A stretch of 64,000 bases of DNA from Amoebidium appalachense (taxonomy: Eukaryota > Protista > Ichthyosporea): the NCBI GenBank assembly GCA_963693365.1, contig CAVNZM010000006.1, positions 1,302,001 through 1,366,000 of the forward strand, in the 5' to 3' direction. This document shows positions 39,970-64,000 of the stretch, one piece after another. The notes under the pieces are model-generated. The model was given only the letters and a program-made list of their open reading frames with translations. It had not been told where the DNA came from and made no database searches. Position numbers and translations under genes: made by a program. Numbering within the stretch: the stretch's first letter is position 1; each line of letters opens with the position of its first letter.

Positions 39970-42106
39970 ACCACCACCACCACCACCACCCAGCACTCAA
40001 CCCAGTTCCACCTGAGCCCCCCCCCCCCCCCCCCCCCCCCCCTCCCACGACCATCACCACTCAACCCAGTTCCACCTGAGCCCCCCCCCCCTCAGCCCGC
40101 CCAATCAGAAACATACCCTCAAACTTATACATTGTAGCCTCTCAGCCCCCCCCCCCCCCCCCCCCCCTCCGCCCCCCCCCTCCCCCCCCCAAAAAAATAA
40201 ATAAATAAATAAATAAATTCAGATACACAACCTCGCACTTACGCATTATAGCCTCACACTTCTTATTGTAGCGTCTTAGCCCCTCCTCCCCGCTGCCTTT
40301 GGCCCCAATTGCACATATACTTATCTGATGCCATTGAGAAACCAAAAATCTATCATATGCATCCGTAAACTCTGAGAGAGATTCTCTCAAGCAGATCACC
40401 ATTGTCCCACATACAACCCGCCACCACAGACGTAAGAGGCACAACTTTGAAGTTAGAAACACGCCAAACTGCCACCTTCATGTTCTGGGTTTTGCGCAAA
40501 ATCACCAAAGCAACCGACCACAGTCAATACACATACCATCCACAGCCGGTAGCTGCTCCTTCTTGTCAGCATCACTCATTTCTACGTCATTTGACACTGC
40601 TTGCCTTGCATCGGCAACAACACCCGCATGTTCTTGTCTTTCGTCTCCTTGCTGCTCTGGCACCTTGTCCAGAAACAAACCAGAGTCAACAATAGGCATA
40701 GTTGCACTCCCGCTATTACTGGTAGGAGGTTCAACCTCGCCCCCCGCTTGCTCCTGCTTCACTGCTTGGCCCTGCTCCAGGATGCACTGTGTTAGTCATC
40801 TGCCTGTAGTGTGTGATGCCCCTAAAACACACAGACACAAGCCGATGCACAAGCACCAATCGCGATGGACAAACAGCCATCCCCCCCCTCCCCCCCTTCC
40901 CCTTCCCTCCCCCCTCCTCCCCCCTCACCCCCAACGCACACACACCACCACCATCACCACCTCCACCCCACCCCCAGTCACTGGGCCAATTCATGGTACA
41001 CACTGAAATGAGAAGCCCCAAAACATTTTCCAATTGATAAAAACATCCTTCTCAGCTTTTCACTTTGAACATCTGCACTCACCACCCATCTGCCTCCCCT
41101 TCCAAAAACCGCAACAAGTGCACACACAAAAGAAGCATACACATAGCATGGCTTCCAAAGATTTTGCTGACCTCACCTCTCCCCCATCCCCTCCTCCTTC
41201 CTTTTTAATTCAAGTGAAGGCTGCCCTAGCCAACGAGTCAAAGGGCCTTACCCTATAAATTAAACAGCTCAAGCAATAGTTTTAAGCTTCACACAAAAAA
41301 AGAAGCCCTTCCCCCCCCCCCCCTCCCGTTCACTAGAGCCTCAGATCAGTCATCACACACACCTGTTCGGCCGCACAAAGGGGAAGCAGCTGCACCTGCT
41401 GTTCATCTGGCCCCGCCTCATGTTGTCCCATAGAGCCCAGCAGGGGGCCCCGTGCCTCTCTTACACAAGGCGTGTCAGAAATTCTCTCAGCCACCAAAGC
41501 GCCAGCCGAAGCATCCGAATGCCCACGAGCGAGTGTTTGGGGGGTGGCGTAGGGGAGTTGGGGCTGCTTGAGTTGTGGCATGGGCACGGTTGGATTCCAG
41601 GGTCCCACAGCTGTCTGCTGGTCTGTAGGCTCCTCTGGCTCTTGTTTAGGCTCCTTCAACTGCTGAATCCGTAGATAGATTTTGCGTGGGGGCCCACGCT
41701 TAGTGAGTCGCATCAGCTAGCTCCGTTTCTGTGAATGCCAGAACCTCTCCGTCCACCTCTTCTTCCCGAATGAAGTCAACTGCCTGAAAGGCAAAAGAAA
41801 GTACGTCAGTAAGCAACCAAGCAAGTAGCAGTTACAGTGGATATTCAAAACCTTGAACCTCTTCGTAGCAAACAGAGGCCAACCCCGATAAGCTCAGCAA
41901 TAGGCTGTTTCGCAAGGTCCCATCACTCATGAGTCATCCACAATACCACATAAGCTCCAAATTCACAAGCAGTGCTCGTGAATGAGACTTACCTCAGCAG
42001 CATGAGCGGGAATGACGCTCTGAAACCAACACGCAACATCCTTCACTGTCATATCCAGCAGCGCCTGCTCCGGCAGTGCGCTACTGTGCAACACTAACGC
42101 GGACAT
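29387..42106 (-). pseudogene. SAM domain + SLIP-GC/NUGGC-like dynamin-family GTPase, multiply disabled
   Basis: G1 VVVGDTGAGKSTLLN..LLPTNGMRACTA (about 38775-38890), FWPVVKKV..LVDAPGVRDDNSAR..IWIVSNVRRAV (about 35985-36220), TAKDMLGESFRRQLLMDG, and GMHWCTYRATTRRNGVF (about 33200-33255). N-terminal SAM exons at 41993-42106 and from 41783. Frameshifts at about 41714 and 35355, in-frame TAA at 35313-35315. The start codon is uncertain. Confidence 0.8.
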
Positions 42107-43334
42107 TTTCTGGGGTGTGAACGGCACGATGTTTAGTACCCAAACTGCACTCAGAACAACCACGTTGTGCTATGTAGCTCCTCGTTTTTTCATGTCCAAT
42201 GCCTGCACAAGGTAATACATGGCCCCTAGTGTAAAACGCAGCGTCTTGGGCGTCTTCAGCGAAAACGTCTTGTGGCATGCCTTGACTCGACGTGAGTCAC
42301 TCACTTGTGGCGGTTGCGACTCTGGTTGCGACTGGCACCTTTTTAACTTCTCGCGCCACAAATTGCGTAACCGTTCGCGCCACTTTTTTTTTGGTCCAAT
42401 CATCAAGTTCACCGCCTGCAGCAATGAGATCGGAGACTGTAAATGCCCGTAAATTTGAATGCGAAAAACTGGTAAACGTTTTTGCCTTTGGCCGCACCCG
42501 GCATGACGCACTTGATGCTGTACTAGTGGATGTGCGTGAAGATCGTCGCGCTGAGCCTGTGCTTTTTGATATGCCTACGCCACTCTATATATGTTGTTGT
42601 TGTCTCTAAAAACAAATACGAGAGTTTCCATGATGATGAAGTGGAAGCCCCCTGATATGGAGTAAGTTGTAATGGCAATACATAACCCCCCAACATTTCA
42701 AGCCCTTTCAGATTTAGGTGCAACCAATCACTAGTAGGCACCAAACAGAAGTCAGAACTATTCCGGAAGGACCGGAACGTTACTTGGAACTGCTACTCAG
42801 ATATGATAATCATGAGGCCTCCAAAATCCACAGTTGAAGATTACTATTTGTTTATACGCACGGCATTATTAGTCTAATTAACGGGCATTGCAGGTATTGT
42901 TGAAAGCTGCAACTCACTCGATCCCTTTGATTGGTTCTTTACACCCTTTTAAGGATTATCCGCATGAGGGGTGTCACAAAAATAAAGGCTCTCATCACTT
43001 CATGGGCATGAGTGACTGTCATGGCACATTGCTATGGATGATGGCTGTCATGGTAAACAGAAGTCCTCCAAATCATGCTTTTTTCTAAAAAGAAAAATGA
43101 ATATAATATCCTTTGGGACCTAATTACTTGCTTATAATTCCTTGACCTCACGACGCGCTGACCGCTGTCCAATCATAATGATCTTGGTTCGTTCAAAATG
43201 TGTAGCATTTGATTGGACGCGGAAAAGTAATAGAAGTAAATAAACTAAATGCGACGTAAATGTGAGTCAGTTTTTGCTACTGTAGAGGGGCACACGTGAA
43301 TCGAACCGGTAGACAGTTGTATCAAACTCTCGCG

Positions 43335-44918
43335 ATGTCGACTAAGAAGAATGTGATCGTTATTGGTGCCGGTGTGGGCGGTGCCCAGCTGGCGCTCAAG
43401 CTGGCTAAGGATGGGGCTGCAACAGTAGCCGTGACTCTGATCGATTCCAAGGGCTACTTCGAGGTGCCCTTTGCTACCCCCCGCTGCATGGTCGAGCCCA
43501 AGTTTGCAGACAAGGCCGTCTTTGCCTATTCTGACTTCCTGCCAGCTTCCATTAAGTTCGTCCAGAGTGTCGTTACTGAGGTTTTTGCAGACAAAGTCCG
43601 GTAAGTGCACAACAGGACTGTTTCTTGTTTCATTGCTAAAGCTTTGTGTGGGATGAGTTTGGGCCAGGCAAGGTTATGGTATTACTGCGTTTGTGTTTCT
43701 TGATTGTGTGTGGACAACAAAGAGGAGGAGGAGGGAGAGGCGGGGCGGGGGGAGGGCAGGTGGGTATATGGGGACGTTGGCGGCGGCGGTGATGGCTACA
43801 GTGGCTGGGGGATGGAGGGGGGACGGGGGACGTGTGGGGGGTGAGGGAGGAGGGGGGGGGGGGGGGGGAGGCCAGGAGGGTATAGGGGGAGTGCGATGGC
43901 GGTGGTAGTGGTGGAGGTAGAGAGGGGAGCACAGAGCCTTAGGGGAGGGGATAAGGGGGGATGTTAGGACGTGGGGAGGGCGGAAAGGTTAGCAGGCTAT
44001 GTTCTTGTGGAACGATGGAAATGCACCATATTGATGGGAGAGCCCGCCATGCTTACTCTTGTTATTTCGTGCAGCCTCGCCGATGGCTCGGAGGTTGCGT
44101 TTGACTACCTGGCCGTGTGCACGGGATCTAGCTACCCGCTTTTCAAAGGCAACATTGCACAAGATGAAACCAACCTCGGTCGTGTGCTTGATGCCGCAGG
44201 GCGTCGTCAGGAGTTTGCACGGATCTATGAGCAGTTGGCAGCAGCAAACAGCTTCCTCGTAGTCGGTGGGGGTGCAGTCGGTGTGGAGTTGGCAGGGGAG
44301 CTGGCACAGACCTTCCCTCAGAAGAAACTGACGGTTGTTCACAGTCACGAGCGCCTATTGGACTCCCTTAAGCCCGACCCGGGTAACAATGCGAGGAAAT
44401 GGCTCGAAGCAAAGGGGGCTACGGTGCTTCTAAACCAGAAGGTCGATATTGCTAACGGCACGGAGGGGAAGTACACTACCAGCCAGGGCCAGGAGATTCA
44501 GGCAGACATGGTGTTTAACTGCACGGGCATTAAGGTGAACACGTCGTTCATGCAGACCAATTTTGGCCAAAGTCTCGAGAATGGCTACATTAAGGTTGCC
44601 CCAGAGCTTTTGGTCAGTGGCACTAAGAACATTTTTGCTGTGGGTGACTGCAACAACACTCCTGGGTTCAAAATGGGCTACCTGGCCGGTGAACAGGCAA
44701 AAGTGGCTGGGCAAAACATTTTGGCGCTCGCCAAGAGCGGTGAGTCTGCAAAGCTGAAGGCCTACAAGGCCCCAGGCGCTATGATGGTTCTTTCAATGGG
44801 CAAGGAGTTTGCCGTGGGCCAGTTGCCGTTTGGTTGTGTGAAGGGTTGGCCGCTGACTTCGATTAAGAGCAAGGACTTGTTTGTGCCCAAGGTCAGGTCT
44901 GATTTGGGAGTCAAGTAG
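43335..44918 (+). CDS. AIFM2: FAD-dependent NAD(P)H oxidoreductase, AIFM2/AMID/FSP1-like (369 aa)
   Basis: Exons 43335-43600 and 44075-44918 join in frame. Motifs VIVIGAGVGG, FDYLAVCTGS, VVGGGAVGVELAGE, ADMVFNCTG and NIFAVGDC. Confidence 0.88.
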
Positions 44919-45057
44919 ACTACGTATCATGTCTGTCTGCTGTGTTCATAGGGTTATAAATATGATTAGCCATGTGCGAAAGAGGGTTCAGAACTTGAAT
45001 GCTAGTAAGTGTTATGACACCTTGTGCATGATACATGTACAATATAGTTCATTTTTG

Positions 45058-46281
45058 GGTGCAAGGCAAATTTTAAACCTTATGATCCTTAACATAGACA
45101 AATGTGGTGTTCTTGTACCTGATATAGCTAACAATTTACACACATTTACATTATCATCTAAACCTGTACCTATAGTTCCAGAATACAAATATCTTGGTGT
45201 TCCGGTTAATTCTGTTGGTGTTATGTTTTTCCATATGGTCGAAAAGAGGGTAGAGTTGGCTCGTAAGCGGTTAGCTTTCTTCTCGGCTAATATTTTTATA
45301 GACACACCCCTCCATCCTTCTATTAGAATTACATTTATCCGCACTTTTGTCTTCCCGGCATGTGAATATGGTTTACCCCTTCTCGCCGCTTGGATCAAGA
45401 AAGAGAGAACTAGAGCGCTTAAACCCTTGGCAAATTTCCTCGAAGCAGAAGTTGCCTCCTTTCTATCTAACAACTGTTGTAAACCTGGGCCTGTAACGCT
45501 CTCGATATATGGTCTGGTCCCAATAGCTGCCAGAGTATCCTATCTCGCGCTGAAATTCAATAAGCACATAAGCCGCTTAAAGAAGTATTTGCCCTCCCAC
45601 CCTCTCTTCTCTATCCGACCTGTCCCCTCCTCACCTCTCCCCTCTTTCCTCCCTCTCTCTCCCCTTCTCCCCTGGGCACAAATACAAATAAACCCCTCAA
45701 AAGTGTGTGTGTGACTTTGGACTGCCACTTACTTATTAAACATGTACACAATCACAAGATAATCACGCAATATAACAAATGGAAAAAGACTCAGTAGTAC
45801 CACACGACACTAGACCCGATGAAAGCATACACCTTGAAAAACTAAGCTTTATGTCTCGTTTTATATATACTGACCGCCTCAACCATATAACCAAATATGG
45901 CACTCGCAAATGTATAACACCTAAATACATATTACCTTCCTGTAGAACTGGTCTTTCTCTAGCTGATGGTATTATTGATCAAATACCACGCTTTCACTGT
46001 ACACGTGCTATACAGTGGAGATCTAATAAGTATAAGGTGGCATCATTTGCATGCCCAAACAACACACACACACACCAGTTTAACCGGTCATGTATCGCCA
46101 AATGTAGTTTGATAGACCACATAATACCGCAACACACACACGTCACATTCACAACAGACACCCAGAAAGATAGCCTACCTGTAAATTACAACATCCTTGA
46201 TTTTCTACTAAACACGCGTAACTACGACCTGTTTATTAGATGTATTGATTGGCTTGAGAAACACATCAGTACAAAATTCTA

Positions 46282-46353
<72 letters not shown>

Positions 46354-46386
46354 CCAGCTGATACGGAGTGTCCCAGGGGGAGCCCC

Positions 46387-46436
<50 letters not shown>

Positions 46437-46635
46437 GTGGAACCCCAACTAATTGATTTCTCTTTATAGTCTTTATGGTGTCTCGTATACGTAGAGAAAG
46501 TAAACCCTGATATATAGTCATCACCCGACATCTATGTACGTGATCATGATATACCGCTGAGGGGATATTCCGAGCAAACCCCCCCCCACACCTGAGACTG
46601 GTTTCTCTTTGCCTCGAGTAAACAGCGTAAACCCC
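45058..46635 (+). mobile_element. Non-LTR retrotransposon copy 2, 5'-truncated and frameshifted
   Basis: Near-identical to 4735-6273. The frame breaks in the CT-rich tract near 45650-45715. It has the same (CA)n, poly-A (46389-46435) and terminal GTAAACCCC. Confidence 0.95.
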
Positions 46636-46676
46636 TAATTACATTTCTATATTGAAATCATTTTTATACAGTTCTT

Positions 46677-46766
46677 TTCAATTATATTCAGATTTTTAAA
46701 TTCAGTGCCTCACACCTGCCATTCAATTATATTCAGATTTTTAAGTTCAGTGCCTCACACCTGCCA
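46677..46766. repeat. 45-bp tandem duplication
   Basis: TTCAATTATATTCAGATTTTTAA(A/G)TTCAGTGCCTCACACCTGCCA occurs twice. Confidence 0.9.
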
Positions 46767-47018
46767 GTGTAGAGGCTTCAAACGGAATACAGTCCACAAT
46801 GATGGTCACTGAGTATATTAGTGGGGTATGTACTTGATGAAAAGTGGTGTTGTGAACGGTGTCTCAGTGGGCATTCGCTGTGTTCGTGAAAATAGCAGAG
46901 CATGCTACATTTTGGTAACAGCAACACCATTCCATTGGGTTGTCGTTATCATAAGCATTTCCGTTCACCTCATGCCACCCATGTAGACTAATAGTCGAAA
47001 AGGGCCACTGTGCAACTC

Positions 47019-47052
<34 letters not shown>

Positions 47053-47325
47053 CCCCTCTCCTCTTTTTCCCACCCTTTGAGCTCCCTGCAGCTCTGCAGG
47101 AGCTGTGATTGGACGTAGGCCTAGGGGTTAGGGAGGAGGAACTCTGACTGTGTGTGTGTGGGTGTGGGTGTGGGTGTACATGTGTTTATGTATGGTGTCG
47201 GTCTGATGTTTCAGGTTTTCCGTTCATGCATATGCGCAGGGGGACTTGGGAGAGGGAGGGGGGGGGGGGGGGGGGGGGGGGATAGAATACTCGTGAGACT
47301 TCGAATTCTATGTTTTTGATCCGGC

Positions 47326-47380
<55 letters not shown>

Positions 47381-47437
47381 GTGTGCGTGTGTATGTGTAT
47401 GTGTGTGTGTGTGTGTGTGTATGTGTGTGTGTGTGTA

Positions 47438-47474
<37 letters not shown>

Positions 47475-48399
47475 ATCGCAATTTCTGTGCTCATCGTCAT
47501 AGCATTGCAGTGTGTGCACATGTTCAAGCATGTATATGCCATTCTATTCATCAAACTACACAGCTTCTGAAACACGTGCAAGTGCAGTACAAACATGATG
47601 TGTCGTCGATGGACAAAGAAAACCGCAATCGATATATTTTGAGCAACTGTTACAACCCTCTCCCACTTTTCTTTCGCAATTGCTTTTTGTGTGCGTGTGG
47701 GAAGGGTGCCCCCGGCCCCGAAACCAGTCTTCCCTCCCTCAAGCTTTCCTTTTTTGTTGTGTACGCAAGCGTGAACGGTGGGTGGTTGGTTGGGGGAGCT
47801 CCTAGAGGTTCAGTGACTGTTGACGTGGCCAACCTCGGGCCCCTCGGCCAGATGGCCTGGCTGAGCTCTTAGTTAGACTCGGTGAGGTGAGACTCGCGAT
47901 CGAGACTGTTTGCGCATTCAGGGGGGTTTACTGATAAGATAACGATCGGCCAAATTTAGCCAATAGTATAGTTCATTGGCACATTAAATAGCCATATAAA
48001 GCATGCATTTCCATAGTTACGGGATTGGGGGGGCTCTTTCTCCCTTCATGACACATCCAGCCCTCGCTAGTGGAGATTCAGTCCAAGGAAGACAGCTGTG
48101 TCAAGTTCAACGGTTCCGTTTGGGGACGTCAAGCAAAGTTTTCAGCATATGTGTCAGATTGAAAGAGACCTGAGTGTGCAGAGTTTTGAGCAAGAGCCCG
48201 ACATTCGTGGGGAATCACTTGAGAACGTTTTTGCATCCTACGTTCGTCGTCCCTTTTTTGAAACGGTCGCCTGTAACCTCCATCCTTGTAGACCTGTTCA
48301 CCAGCCGAACAGCAAAAGGCTACCTAAGTTTTAAACTTACGTAGAGCTTGTTGATCTGTAAAACCACCTAACAGCGGTAGTGTGGGTGTAACGAGGAAG

Positions 48400-60215
<11,816 letters not shown>

Positions 60216-61174
60216 AAAAGAGTCTGCCAGGCGGCAGATTGTGCTGGTGTGGTGGTAGTGGGTAGGGTGTGGCCTTCAAGGGAGGGGCTCTGGTTTAGGT
60301 GTAGGTGAAGGATTAGATAGATAGGGCTTTATATTATAGTGTGGTCTTATTTTTTCATGCTCATGGTATGGGGTTGGGTTAGATTTCTCATTCTGCATGC
60401 AGGACTGTCACTATATATTTATATCTGGAACACTGTGAGAAGTTTTATGGTGTGACGAAATGAGAGGGTAGCAGCAGCTACCCCATGCTGCTGAATTTAT
60501 ACACGGTATATGCCATTGTTTATTTCTTTCCCATTCCATTCTGCCATACACTCGGCTGCAGAAGATATAGTTGTCTTTGGCTACTATAGCTTGCATGCAC
60601 TTGCACTGTTGGTGGTCCACACAAGGATCGACCGTAGGCCTAAATACTCTAATAATCCCGTATATGTATAGTTTTTTCCTTTTTTCTTTATTAATGTTGT
60701 GTGTCAGCTGCAGGTCTATGGGTTTGGGTGGGGAGGCGAGATGTGCCGGTTACCGTAGCGCTAGCCTGGTGCTGTTTGGAGAATATTGTGTCTGTTTATG
60801 TACATGTACATGGGATATGTCGTCAGTCGGGCAGTCTGAGAGAACCATGATGTGTATAGTGATGGGTGCCCACATGAGCTGCCTACATATGTGCACGTTA
60901 GTAAACCGTAATAAGATACACACGAACACCATGCTCGATATGGAACGCTGGTACCACATAAAATTTAGGCCTACACAACACTCCTGTTTATATTTATTGT
61001 GGCCGCATATGCCTAGTAGGTGACCATCGATGCCTTGACGCTCCAGCTGCTAGAGCTGTTGTTCGCACAGTGCACGACGTGTGCGTGTCACATCATGATG
61101 CATGTGTGCGCACAGCGCCACCAACTCTGTAGTGGCTGTTCGCTGCACGTAATATTATTATCGTGCGTGTGTGC

Positions 61175-61222
<48 letters not shown>

Positions 61223-61241
61223 CGTGTCACGGTGTGTGTGT

Positions 61242-61282
<41 letters not shown>

Positions 61283-61901
61283 GGGGGGGGGGGGGGGGGG
61301 GGGGGGCGGGCCCCCGGCCGGGACCAGACGGATTGTTCAACTGTGAAAAGGGGGCGTGTGAGCCTGTGAAGGTGTACGTATGAGCTCCATGGCGAACTCA
61401 GGTTCATTTGTTTCGGCACGCAGCTACTGCATAATGCTCGCGGCGCCGTGGCCTGTCTGTGTGCGCGTATGCATATGTAGTGGGGGAACACGGCCCGTGC
61501 GCATATGCGCAGTGTGACCGTCAAGCCATCACCGGCCAGGTATTCCCGAGGTGCGAGGCCTGGCCAATCAAATGTGTTGGTTTTGGCGCCAAAATTATTG
61601 ACGTTCCCTCGGCCGCGGAGGTGTGATATGGAGGCCTTGCCGCGGAGTCGAGTCTCCGTTCGAGAGACTGATCCACTGTTCACAGCACGGCCGTACCACC
61701 GGCTCGTGCAGAGTTGCATGTTCAACACCACACACAAGGTCTGGAGACAATGGCGTGGCGGCCCAGTTACGGCAGCTATGGGCGGGCAAGCACCGCCACG
61801 TGGGATAGGCCCAGCATGGGCTGGGACAGACAAAGTGTGGCGACAGACCGCACGGGTGGCTCGCACGTGTACAGGGTGCGTGGTGTGTGATGGTGTGTGA
61901 T

Positions 61902-61986
<85 letters not shown>

Positions 61987-62464
61987 GTGCGTGTGTGCGT
62001 GCGTGCGCGTGTGGCGCGCGGGCGTGTGTGTGCATGTGCGTGTGCGTGTGTGTGTGGGTAGATGTGCGAGTATGCGCGGGCGTGTGTGTGTATATGTATG
62101 TGACGTGTGTGCGTGCGTGTTTGTGTGTGGTTTGTGCGTGTGAGCATGCACGCACAAGAATATATGCCAGCACGCACAGCAGGCACACCTTCTCGTATGC
62201 CGTGAACATGCGTGTATACACATATGCACACACAGGCAGGCACTCACCAACTTAACAGCAAAGACACACGTGCAAGGTCGTATAAACGACAGGACGTCCA
62301 CACACACCAAACAACACGCCCACACCCACACCCAGGCACACATACACACGCACACACGCGCACACAAATACATCCACACACATCCTAAACACCACACACA
62401 CACACTCACACACACACGCACACGCACGCACACACACACATACACGCACAAACGCACGTGCGCA

Positions 62465-62538
<74 letters not shown>

Positions 62539-63169
62539 CACACGCACACACGCACACACACACACACCACACACACGCACACACACACACACACACACAC
62601 CCACACACACCCTCGCCGGTATACACACACACGCACACACCTACTCACAGGCTGTGTTGTGCACGCGTACGAGCTCGGTATACTCAAACATCCTCACATA
62701 TGCACACATTTCTAAACACGGCATAAGCTTATATAAGTTTAAGTTTAAGGTCAGAACATTTGCACTTCTGCATAGCCTTCCCCCCCCCCCCCCACTCCGT
62801 TCCCTTTCCTCCCTTCCCGCCCTCTTGTTATCCCCTTTCCACTGCACACATATGTTCTCGTGCTTTTCTTTTGACCTCCACTTCGGAGTACCTATCACAC
62901 AAGCACAATCTGCTCTGAGTTGGATCTTGTTGCTTGGCCCGTCAGCACCTGTAAACAAAGCACCAGCCTTTAGTTTTTGTCGTTGTCAATATATTCAGTG
63001 CCACCAGTCTCTGACGGCAACACAAATTTCATAGGGGGAACATCAAGCACCCGATCCCAACCAGGGTTTGAAAATGTGTGTCAACACCATGAGAGGCATC
63101 ATTACGGACGTATGCCCTCCCCCCCCCCCCCCCCCCCCTCCCCCCCCCCCCCCCCCCCCCCCCCCCCCT

Positions 63170-63310
63170 TCACCCTGTTCCAACCCCTACACCAAGCCCC
63201 CCCCCCCCCCCCCCCCCCCCTCCCCCCCCTTCACCCTGTTCCAACCCCTACACCAAGCCCCCCCCCCCCCCCCCCCCCCCCTCCTCCTCGTCCCAACCCC
63301 TACACCAAGC
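63170..63310. repeat. Tandem repeat of TCCAACCCCTACACCAAGC separated by poly-C, 3 units
   Basis: Units at about 63179, 63240 and 63292. Confidence 0.8.
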
Positions 63311-64000
63311 AACTCTGTTTGAATGTTGACTGTTGTCTGATGTGGGAGGGAGGGGCTAAGATATTCACATGGTGTGTTAAAGCCTGAGTGATTAGATCAT
63401 TTGTTCAATCGGAAATGGCTAGACTTGTAATCGCTTTCAGGGTGTTGGTTCGTTTGGGGTGGAGAATTATGATAGAAAAGAGGGGAAAGAGAGGGGCAAG
63501 TTTACCAAATGAGGTGGTAGAGGTAGGGGAGCGGTTGGAGAATCATGGGGATTGATGAATGAAAGAAAGACGAGAAGGGGGGGGGAGAGAGGGGGGGGGG
63601 GGGGGGGGGGGGGGGGGGAGGGGGGAGAAGGGGGGAGGGGGGAGGGGGGCAAGGGGGTTGAATGCATGAATAGACAATCGTGCTGCTTGTTTATAATCTC
63701 CCACTTCATTCCCTTTTTGCCTATTTTTCCCCCGAATTTCACTGAATACATAATGGATATGCAGCAACGAATACATAATGCAAGCCACTGTGCCATCCTC
63801 CATACCACTTCCAGCTCACTAGGCCAAATATCCCGAAAATGTGGTCCCATGGCCTCAATTTTTTATATAGATATAATGTATTTAGAGGATACTTTTTTTT
63901 GGGACATTCAAGGGGCTGTTTGGGAATTTATTGATAAGATTTTGAGCTCATTCTGTGGGACGTATCACCCTAAATTTAGTTGATATTACCTAGGTGCCAA

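Noticed and set aside
42297-42497. 66-aa minus-strand ORF as the first exon of the SAM-GTPase
   Set aside because: Its apparent GTGAGT donor does not splice in frame to the acceptor before the ATG at 42106. Left unresolved.

Overview
Eukaryotic genomic DNA with spliceosomal GT-AG introns packed with poly-G/poly-C and (CA)n/(TG)n tracts. It is plausibly a unicellular opisthokont, but the taxon cannot be established from the sequence. The left end (1-6273) is a nested retroelement cluster. It holds the 3' half of an intact-frame Ty1/copia element (minus strand) and a three-LTR tandem non-coding TRIM-like element with copia-type half-tRNA(iMet) primer sites, whose PPT/LTR terminus matches the copia. 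It ends in a 5'-interrupted non-LTR (LINE) RT; a second, 5'-truncated copy of this LINE lies at 45058-46635. Host genes are a multi-exon CotA/bilirubin-oxidase-type multicopper oxidase (-), a secreted mucin/cbEGF/SdrD-B-like protein (+), a disabled SAM + SLIP-GC/NUGGC-like dynamin-family GTPase (-), an AIFM2/FSP1-like oxidoreductase (+) and an ArfGAP2/3 (Glo3)-like gene (+). Most ORFs in the supplied track are translations of simple repeats. Exon boundaries were read by eye and may be off by a few bases.
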